A DNA stretch of 64,000 bases, taken from positions 41,778-105,777 of the IMG/VR virus record IMGVR_UViG_3300022187_000017; one strand, 5' to 3'. The notes beneath the pieces were generated by a model. That model saw only the letters and a list, made by a program, of their open reading frames with translations. It was not told the origin of the DNA and searched no databases. The DNA is from a virus. Position numbers and translations under genes: made by a program. Below, one piece after another: positions 56,615 to 64,000 of this stretch. Every line of letters begins with the position of its first letter. Position 1 is the stretch's first letter.

Positions 56615-57207
56615 AAATATCCTCTATCAAATGCTGCTCCAGCATTTATTTGACTTAATAACTTCTTACATACATCCTTCTTCACACATATCTGGCAGTA
56701 TTTGCTCTTATGATTGAATAAGGTAGTAGACTCCAGACATATTGCTAATGCTCCTGCTGTATTCACTACTCTCCTCTTAATGGCCTCCTCAGACTCACTG
56801 AGCTCCTCTATGCTTATTAAAGGGATATTAGCAGGTATTACATCCAATCTACTGATTCCCTTCTCCTGAAGAGCTCTACTGACATAATACTGCCTCCCTT
56901 TAGACCTCTCCTGCCATCTCTTATATGCTGATGGAGAGAATATCTGATTGAATGGTATCCTCCTACTCTGGAGATTAGGCCTCTTGATCAAAATATACTC
57001 AAATGTGAAAGCTATGTAGTTGAATAGATAGTTATCATCTACTGCATGTAACCCTAGATCCTTGTGAACCTCAACTAAGAAATTCACCAAAGACCTCTTA
57101 TGAGGTTCAGTGACTTTTAACTGGAAATATTCATACCCATCCTTATATAAAGACTTGATGAAATACTCATAGAAATTAACTAATGTCAATTTTACACTCA
57201 TATTCAA
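56611..57207 (-). CDS. Hypothetical protein with C-terminal Cys cluster
   Basis: ORF track; C...CQIC...C. Confidence 0.55.
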   Translation of the reverse strand: MNMSVKLTLVNFYEYFIKSLYKDGYEYFQLKVTEPHKRSLVNFLVEVHKDLGLHAVDDNYLFNYIAFTFEYILIKRPNLQSRRIPFNQIFSPSAYKRWQERSKGRQYYVSRALQEKGISRLDVIPANIPLISIEELSESEEAIKRRVVNTAGALAICLESTTLFNHKSKYCQICVKKDVCKKLLSQINAGAAFDRGYL

Positions 57208-57221
57208 CTCTCTTTCAAGTT

Positions 57222-57252
57222 GTAAATATAGGCATTATATTTTAACTGACAA
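57222..57252 (-). promoter_or_regulatory. Bacteroidota-type promoter at the start of the replication block
   Basis: Minus strand TTGTCAGTTAAAATATAATGCCTATATTTAC. Confidence 0.55.
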
Positions 57253-57276
57253 TAAGAAAAGTGTAAAACTTTCGTA

Positions 57277-58089
57277 TTATGATAAAACTACTGTATTTAC
57301 TGCATCCCATGTAAAGGTTAGATTAGCTGCAGTTGGAGCACCAAGACCTAATGGAGTTACCACATACTCTTGACTATTTGGATTATTAATGAAATGGAAG
57401 TAGTCTAATTGAGATCCTGTTGCCTCTCCATTAACAAATACTATTGGAGTTTGTATTCCTATTCCTCCTACTTGAGTGAAGTTCATAGTACCTGACCAAT
57501 TAGCATCTATTCCTCCTGTAATTAAGGTAGACGTATAATAGTATATCTTTACATCAAATGGAAATTCTCTTTTAGCTGCAGGATCTTGGTCATCTTCATG
57601 AGCTAAATATAGATTAGCACATGATAAATATGCATCTGCTGCATCTGGATTGATTGTCCTTTTGATCCATACTCCTATATGCTCATCTGCTGCAAGAGTT
57701 GGTATGGAAATAGCTAGCCCTGTTCCTTTAGCATCTGTAAATGTCACCTCTAGAGGCTCTGCTCTATTATTGGACTCTAGCTCATATATAGAGTCTCCAC
57801 AACTATTCAATGCAGGAGATATTAATCCCATCTCTATGAGATATAGAGCATCATCTGCTTGTTCATAGTATATTTTAACTCCAACTAAATTTACTCCAGT
57901 GGTATTCTTCAATGAAAGTAATATATAATTAACACCACCACTCCTTATCTCAGATTGAGATGGATTTGCAAATATAGAGCCTTCTAATCCTGAAGGAACC
58001 TTAGATCCAGATACAAATCCTCCAATAGATTTTATTGGCTCTGTTTGTGTTGCACCATCTTCTGATGCACCTGTATAAAATAATCTCAT
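57277..58089 (-). CDS. Putative virion (baseplate/tail) protein
   Basis: MRLFYTGA...SIGGFVS...IGVWIKR; last gene of the structural run. Confidence 0.55.
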   Translation of the reverse strand: MRLFYTGASEDGATQTEPIKSIGGFVSGSKVPSGLEGSIFANPSQSEIRSGGVNYILLSLKNTTGVNLVGVKIYYEQADDALYLIEMGLISPALNSCGDSIYELESNNRAEPLEVTFTDAKGTGLAISIPTLAADEHIGVWIKRTINPDAADAYLSCANLYLAHEDDQDPAAKREFPFDVKIYYYTSTLITGGIDANWSGTMNFTQVGGIGIQTPIVFVNGEATGSQLDYFHFINNPNSQEYVVTPLGLGAPTAANLTFTWDAVNTVVLS

Positions 58090-58092
58090 AGT

Positions 58093-58953
58093 TTATGGTA
58101 TTTGGACAAATGGGTAAGGTGATTTCTTGTAAAGATTTAATAATCTCTTATCAACAATAGACAAAACACCTTCATTGTATGTTACTACAGCTAGGAAGAT
58201 TATACCCGGATAATTAACCGATAAATCCTGATTTGTTGATAGTGCGTAATTAGTAGATGATAATGTTATCTTAGCCTGACCTTCTCTAAATGGAAATTTA
58301 CTAGTCTCAGGAATAACTGCTGATGGTGTAAATGTACCAACTATCTGCCATTCCTGATTTGTGTCTGCTTGCAGAACTCCCTCAGCTACGTTCAAAATCA
58401 ATTGAGTATCTGTGACGATTGCCTGCACTAAATACTCCCCAGTGTTCACTGTTGAATTAGGGAACTTTATTACAGAAGGGAATTGGTTTATACCTCTCAA
58501 CCTATCATTAAATGAGGATGCTACTGATTCTGATACCATAGTAACAACACCATCTGACTGAACATTTACTAACTCATCCTCAGTATAGTCCTCCTCATAT
58601 TCAAGAATTACAGTATATGCTGTTGCACTCTCTGTCAAAGTAAATAGATTATTTTGATCAGATGAGTTGATTATCACATTCCCATATTGATCTATAGCTG
58701 TCCCTGCCTTCACAGTTATTGCTGCTCCATTTCCTTGGACTACTTTAAATGCTGTAAATAAGTCATCTGTAGTAGGATTTGTATCTTGCGACTCAAACCC
58801 TGATCCTGTTCCAGATCCATTCATTTGCACTACACCATAAGATTTCATATCTGCTAGTATAAAATTCTTACGATTCTCTTCTATTGAATCAGTTAAGAAT
58901 TTCAATTCTGGATATCCTAATGCTAACTCTGGTGATAAATGTAACTTGCTCAT
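58093..58953 (-). CDS. Putative baseplate/tail-fibre attachment protein
   Basis: ITVKAGTAIDQYG...IFLAVV...IVDKR pattern; structural context. Confidence 0.55.
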   Translation of the reverse strand: MSKLHLSPELALGYPELKFLTDSIEENRKNFILADMKSYGVVQMNGSGTGSGFESQDTNPTTDDLFTAFKVVQGNGAAITVKAGTAIDQYGNVIINSSDQNNLFTLTESATAYTVILEYEEDYTEDELVNVQSDGVVTMVSESVASSFNDRLRGINQFPSVIKFPNSTVNTGEYLVQAIVTDTQLILNVAEGVLQADTNQEWQIVGTFTPSAVIPETSKFPFREGQAKITLSSTNYALSTNQDLSVNYPGIIFLAVVTYNEGVLSIVDKRLLNLYKKSPYPFVQIP

Positions 58954-58957
58954 ATCT

Positions 58958-60931
58958 CTAAGATAAGTAATTATTTTTTAATTTCACGTTATATGGCAGC
59001 AATGATTGCTTCATTGTAGACTCAATTTCATCTGAAGTCTTACCACTATTATTTTTTAAATATGCCTCAACTATATTAACTCCATTTGTTATACCTATAT
59101 CATATGGCCTAACTGCCAATTTGAATGTTATATCCTTGATGTATAGAACTTCATCTCCTGTAGCTGTCTGAGGCTGATTATCTAGTATTGTATAATCTAG
59201 CTCAATATCTTGAGGAGTTGTTCCTACTGCATCTGTATATGTTAATAATCCATTGGCTATATCTGCTGCTGGTATAGTTTGAGGAAGTGTTGCTGTAATA
59301 TCTGTTACATCCCACATTAATGTACCTACTGAACCTCCTCCAGCTGATACTGCTATGGCATCTAATTGAATTGATCCTACTGGATCCCCTTCTGCATCAT
59401 TATAATCTTCTAGAAAGTCTATTAAAGTAAATACATGCACATCTTCATCATTTATATCCACTTGACTATTACTAGCTGTAGGCTCATTATTTGCAGGAGC
59501 TGTTCTATCTATTGCTATCCCAAATCCAAATTTACATGCTACAGCTGGCATCCTTAGATTATACCCTAGGCCTATTGATGTTCTTAAATTCTGATCACTA
59601 CCTTCATTTGGAACACTAGCTGGCAGCAATAATACTCTAACCATATACCACTCAGTTGACTTAGCTAATCTTTGCCTACTTATAGCCTCCCTAGTTTGAG
59701 TTACTGGATTTATAGTATCCAATGCTGCTTCTGTAAAAGATGAAGTGAATCCATACCCTGATACTGTAAATGATGCATCTCCCTTAGCTAGGAAGTTGAT
59801 CTCATATACTAAATTTGGATTTATGCTGGTTAAAAATGCCTTCTCTGCTTCTGTTGGTGCTGTGGGATCTACAAATCCTATCCCCACTAACTCACCTACA
59901 CCTGCTCCACTTAATTTAATAACATTAAGTGCAGCATCTGGAGGATCTGTTGTTCCTAGATTTACTACCTCTGTAGTCCCGTCTGGTAAAACAGGATAGT
60001 CAGTTATAAGTAAGTCTGCATTAAGATCATTCTGATAAGACTTCCTGAAATGATTTATATCAATCCCTCTATATAATGGAGAATGATCATTTAATCTCCA
60101 GATTAATTTAGAGTAATCGAATAGAAACTCATCACATACCTCATCAAATTGTACTAGATTAGGTAGCTCCCCATTAACTGTAGCTCCTCTGCTCTTTAGA
60201 TTGCCTATTGAAGGAGTTCCTCTATGTCTGGCATATGAGTATAGATTAGCCATGATATATTGCATATCATCTATCTCATTAGTCCTATTGACTATAATTG
60301 CCTGATTGGTTAAGTATGCTGCTATCAACCTTTCATCTTCATCGAAGTTTTCAAATCCTCTGGCATATGTAACATGCATTGCAAAGAAACAAGATACTGA
60401 CTTCCAGAATGATATATAATCCTCATCCTCAAAGTTTAGATTCCTTCCCTCTCCTCTGGTTAGGGACTTGGAAACTATACCCGGCTTATACATCTTATTC
60501 AGTACATTTATACACCACTTCTTCACATCCTCATCACAGCAACCATCAAAGAAATAAGAGAATATAGATCCTTGGAAGTATGATCCTCCTGCTACACAAT
60601 CTGAAGTTGTAGTATAGTTTAATTTTAGCCATTGAAATTCTAGATTGCCAGTATCATCAGATCCAGCTCTAGTATACCTGAACTGAGCTTGGAAGTCATG
60701 TGTTGCAGCTATTGGTATGGCTGCTAATGCCACATCAGATAGATCTTCCCAAACTGTCCAATTTATAGCATCCAGAGTGTACCTAAATTCCTTATCAAAA
60801 AATCTAGTTCCAGTTTCACCTACAAGTCCATCATTGAATGTTGAAATAGCAGTTATCCCATTGAGAGGATAATCCATGGTGAAAATGACATTATCATTTA
60901 TCTCTGTTAGTATGTTACCTGTTACTGCCAT
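58958..60931 (-). CDS. Putative baseplate wedge protein with an inserted cadherin/Ig-like domain
   Basis: RHRGT motif downstream of baseplate J; NNEPTAS...DINDED...Y.DAEGD. Confidence 0.55.
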   Translation of the reverse strand: MAVTGNILTEINDNVIFTMDYPLNGITAISTFNDGLVGETGTRFFDKEFRYTLDAINWTVWEDLSDVALAAIPIAATHDFQAQFRYTRAGSDDTGNLEFQWLKLNYTTTSDCVAGGSYFQGSIFSYFFDGCCDEDVKKWCINVLNKMYKPGIVSKSLTRGEGRNLNFEDEDYISFWKSVSCFFAMHVTYARGFENFDEDERLIAAYLTNQAIIVNRTNEIDDMQYIMANLYSYARHRGTPSIGNLKSRGATVNGELPNLVQFDEVCDEFLFDYSKLIWRLNDHSPLYRGIDINHFRKSYQNDLNADLLITDYPVLPDGTTEVVNLGTTDPPDAALNVIKLSGAGVGELVGIGFVDPTAPTEAEKAFLTSINPNLVYEINFLAKGDASFTVSGYGFTSSFTEAALDTINPVTQTREAISRQRLAKSTEWYMVRVLLLPASVPNEGSDQNLRTSIGLGYNLRMPAVACKFGFGIAIDRTAPANNEPTASNSQVDINDEDVHVFTLIDFLEDYNDAEGDPVGSIQLDAIAVSAGGGSVGTLMWDVTDITATLPQTIPAADIANGLLTYTDAVGTTPQDIELDYTILDNQPQTATGDEVLYIKDITFKLAVRPYDIGITNGVNIVEAYLKNNSGKTSDEIESTMKQSLLPYNVKLKNNYLS

Positions 60932-60932
60932 A

Positions 60933-62552
60933 TTATGGTGTTGTTATACTATGCTTTGTAGTTATTACAGAAGGATCAATTATTGTTGATGATGCTGCTA
61001 CTGCTATTGATGTCGATAGATAGAAATCATAGGTACTCCCTGATGGAGGTACTGTCCCAAATACTTCATTTTGAAATGTAAATTCACCTGATCCATCTAG
61101 TGTTACTTGTATTGTTGTAGTTGAAATACCGGGAGATAATAATGTCTCCACACTAGCATGTCCATTTAATACATCTGCTGATGCTTTAGCAACCCCTCCT
61201 CCTTTTGATAGATTAAACTGCAGATCTACTAATTCACCTGCTAATCCACCTCTAACTGCTAGATTATATAGCATATCATCTCCTGATGCCACTTCACTAA
61301 CTGTTTCTAAATATACTCCTGTACTAGAGACTGTAATTGTAGTGGAATCAGATGAACTAACCCCATCAGTAATTACAATAAGTTCAAATACATAGTCCCC
61401 ATCAGTAGCTCCTGCTGGGAACTCTATTGTTGGAGTTAATGTACTACCATTTATTATTGTTGGAAATACTATTGCTCCTGATGGTGATGCTGTTAAATGC
61501 CAAAAATATTCTATATCAACCACACCTGCTGCTGGAGTAGCTGTGCCTGTAAGTCCTACTGAGACTCCTGTTGTAGAGTTCACTGTTCCAGATCCTGTAA
61601 GTCCTGCATCTACAGTAGGTGCATCTACTGGAGCTTCAGAGCTAGTCACTGTTATTGTAGTTCCTTGAGTATCTATTAATCCATCATTATCTGTTACCTT
61701 TAATTGAACTGGGAATATTCCTATTTGATTTATATTTCTTACTTCACAAGTTGCTGCTGTTGGTGTAGATAATGATAATAATCCAACTCCTGCAGGGAAT
61801 GACCAAAGGTACGCTGTAATGGATCCATCTGAATCAGTAGATCCTGATCCTGATAATAGAACTCCTGTTCTTTTGGCCCACATACTGAAAGTAGTTCCTG
61901 CTGCTAGTGTTGGTTCCCACCCTCCTCCAAATGTCAATATCAACTTATTTGTGCCAGTATCCCAGCTAACAATAGTTCCTACTTTTGCAGGATCTCCAGT
62001 GTTATTATCTTGAACCCACACTTTTGTTAAATCACTATCATATGTATCAAAATATGTTGCATCTAGTGAATAAATTAATGCATCAGACAATGTTTCTGTT
62101 ATAACAAAAGTAAACTGATCTGTAATTGTTTCCACTACTACATCTGCATCTAACTGAACTCTATTTGCTAGTATTTTACCAATATTTATAGTACCACCAC
62201 CAGTTATATTTGCTACTGGAGGAACTAATGCAGCTGCATTGACTGTCACTGTTACTGTATCTGTGGCTGTCTGCCCATCATCATCCATTACAGTTGCTTT
62301 AAATACATATACTGTATTCTCTGATAAATTTTCTACTACTGTGGATGCTGCATTTGGACTTACTATGTTTATCCCAGTATCAACTCCTACTAACTGCCAA
62401 TTGTGAGATACTATAACTCCATCAGCATCTGATGCAATCATTGTCAACACTATTGAATCTTGTGGAGGATCCACTGTTACATTTGGCCCTGCATCCACTA
62501 CTGGACTAACTAAGGTCTTTGCTGTTATCTGTATTGTTAATGTATTGCTCAT
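60933..62552 (-). CDS. PKD/Ig-like repeat virion protein
   Basis: P.VDAG, SDADG.IVS..W, LSGSGSTDSDGSITAYLW, LKVTDNDG repeats. Confidence 0.75.
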   Translation of the reverse strand: MSNTLTIQITAKTLVSPVVDAGPNVTVDPPQDSIVLTMIASDADGVIVSHNWQLVGVDTGINIVSPNAASTVVENLSENTVYVFKATVMDDDGQTATDTVTVTVNAAALVPPVANITGGGTINIGKILANRVQLDADVVVETITDQFTFVITETLSDALIYSLDATYFDTYDSDLTKVWVQDNNTGDPAKVGTIVSWDTGTNKLILTFGGGWEPTLAAGTTFSMWAKRTGVLLSGSGSTDSDGSITAYLWSFPAGVGLLSLSTPTAATCEVRNINQIGIFPVQLKVTDNDGLIDTQGTTITVTSSEAPVDAPTVDAGLTGSGTVNSTTGVSVGLTGTATPAAGVVDIEYFWHLTASPSGAIVFPTIINGSTLTPTIEFPAGATDGDYVFELIVITDGVSSSDSTTITVSSTGVYLETVSEVASGDDMLYNLAVRGGLAGELVDLQFNLSKGGGVAKASADVLNGHASVETLLSPGISTTTIQVTLDGSGEFTFQNEVFGTVPPSGSTYDFYLSTSIAVAASSTIIDPSVITTKHSITTP

Positions 62553-62554
62553 AA

Positions 62555-63334
62555 TTATGGTACGTTATCGTAAACTGTAAAATCTAAATCAAATTCCCTT
62601 GCTGTTACAAAGTTACCTGAATCTTGGAATTCTAAATCTCCATTCAATAGCTCTGCTGCAGTTACTGTCTTTGGTATATCTGCCCATGTTAATGCCACTG
62701 ATGAAAATAGTATCTGTCCAATATTTCCTGAAGGTAAACTGTCTATGGTTATATATCCTAGAGGATCTAACTCTGGATCATAGTAATTTTGAGTGAAATA
62801 TTCTGTTGTTAATGTTGTTAATGATCCATGTGCTACTTCAATTGTATGATCACTCACTGTTGGCTCCATATTATCTCCTAATACATGGAATATGATCACT
62901 ACATCATCACTCCAGCATTTAGGATTCTCTCCATCATCTCTGAATTGGAGAGTTAATTTTGTGTAATTATAACCTGACTGCCCTGCAATTGGTGTAAACT
63001 TCAGCAAGTTGTAATTTGCCCAACTTAGAACATCATTATTGATCACATTGGCTAGTACAGGAACTCCATATGTAAGAGATCCTTTACTAATAGTTTCTAT
63101 AACCTTAACCTTATTCAAAAGATCTCCCTCAGTATCTGTCATAGCAGCTGTGATCACTGCTGGATCAAATGTGTAAGTTGTATCAGCATTTACTATTATT
63201 TCAATAGGTGATGTGAATGTAGGAGCATTATTTACAATTACTCCATCATATATACACATCACATGAAATGCAGTAGTTGAGTCATTATCAACTAAGGTAT
63301 TTACTTCACTATCTATAACTATACTTTCTGGCAT
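62555..63334 (-). CDS. Cadherin/Ig-like domain virion protein
   Basis: NNAPTF...D.EGD.L and N.EPTV...YYDPELDPL..ITIDSLP repeats. Confidence 0.65.
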   Translation of the reverse strand: MPESIVIDSEVNTLVDNDSTTAFHVMCIYDGVIVNNAPTFTSPIEIIVNADTTYTFDPAVITAAMTDTEGDLLNKVKVIETISKGSLTYGVPVLANVINNDVLSWANYNLLKFTPIAGQSGYNYTKLTLQFRDDGENPKCWSDDVVIIFHVLGDNMEPTVSDHTIEVAHGSLTTLTTEYFTQNYYDPELDPLGYITIDSLPSGNIGQILFSSVALTWADIPKTVTAAELLNGDLEFQDSGNFVTAREFDLDFTVYDNVP

Positions 63335-63999
63335 TATAAGTCACTTAAAACGGTTTGTTGAAATGAAAAGTCTGCTACTGAAGGATAGAATATAGGATTG
63401 ATATTCCCTGCATTATCCTCCAATATATTTCCATCGAGATCCATTAAAATGAATCCTCTTATCCTTGGTAATTTCCCTATAGGGATTATGATATCCTCAT
63501 TAGGGAAGAATGTTGTATCTGATACATACTTTATGCTCTCATTATCCTTCACTATTTGAAGAATATCATCCCATTCAATTCTGTCTCCTTGCTGCCACAA
63601 CCTCCAGTCTAAATACTTAGCAATGGCTATCTGGATCTCCTGTCTTATTTCATCAATAGGCTTATTCAGATCTACATCAGCTCTGAATGATAAATCTATG
63701 TACTCATAAGTTATATTCTCCAAGATAACATTTGTCACATTACCTGTGATTGAGTTGTAATCTGAGATATTGAAGTAAGATGCAGCATCTACAATGAGAT
63801 CATCTAGCTCTGCAGCTGTCAATGCTATCCCATTCTGAGTTGAAACTGCTAATTTTATCCTTCCTTGAGCATCTGATCCATAAGAATACACATTTAGAAT
63901 ATCACTATTAACCTTCTGGAAGGCCTGAGTGATATAATCCAATGTTCCTCTAGCTGCTAAATTTACCCCTTCCATAATTCTAATCCTGAAGGTATCATC
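63334..63999 (-). CDS. Baseplate J-like protein (partial, 5' end outside the window)
   Basis: The frame stays open upstream of 63975, giving DDTFRIRIMEGVNLAARGT, the DDxFRxRI motif of baseplate J. Confidence 0.75.
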   Translation of the reverse strand, partial: DDTFRIRIMEGVNLAARGTLDYITQAFQKVNSDILNVYSYGSDAQGRIKLAVSTQNGIALTAAELDDLIVDAASYFNISDYNSITGNVTNVILENITYEYIDLSFRADVDLNKPIDEIRQEIQIAIAKYLDWRLWQQGDRIEWDDILQIVKDNESIKYVSDTTFFPNEDIIIPIGKLPRIRGFILMDLDGNILEDNAGNINPIFYPSVADFSFQQTVLSDL

Positions 64000-64000
64000 T

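Noticed and set aside
666-62796. All plus-strand ORFs in the track, and the short minus-strand ORFs 46538-46720 and 53963-54148
   Set aside because: They are shadows of longer motif-bearing minus-strand genes, have no recognisable motifs, and run against the uniform gene orientation or lie out of frame inside dnaE and terL.
1-64000. Stop-codon reassignment
   Set aside because: Core genes are intact in the standard code, and TAA, TAG and TGA all end tightly packed genes.

Overview
This window is 64 kb of a large, AT-rich dsDNA phage genome. It is most likely a contractile-tailed (myovirus-like) phage of a Bacteroidota host, judged from TAnnTTTG-type promoters, A-rich leaders without Shine-Dalgarno sequences, and baseplate J. 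Essentially all real genes are on the minus strand. Read right to left, the window holds baseplate and Ig-like virion genes (57-64 kb), then DnaQ, TerL, helicase, primase, DnaE, UvsY-like, SSB, SbcD, RecA, SbcC and RuvC (38-55 kb). Nucleotide-metabolism genes follow (dNMP kinase, RNase H, class II RNR, MazG) with a TerS candidate (25-31 kb). Large early/accessory islands of small genes are driven by a repeated promoter (3-23 kb, 31-37 kb). The most notable signals are non-coding. (1) A very compact, circularly permuted two-piece tmRNA gene lies at about 10.52-10.80 kb, with a G3-U70 acceptor stem, inter-piece helix 2a and a tag ending FRMAA*. (2) An intergenic RNA locus at about 22.36-22.57 kb has a tRNA-like 7+5 bp cloverleaf whose anticodon arm carries a 38-nt loop antisense to a Bacteroidota-style translation start, followed by a repeat-spacer-repeat hairpin pair. 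The genome also shows codon-level avoidance of CCWGG and GGWCC, CpG depletion, abundant GATC, and a dispersed set of candidate modification enzymes (two PAPS-reductase-like, GP88-like, TAGT-like glycosyltransferase, sulfotransferase). All protein calls come from motifs recognised by eye; no database searches were run.
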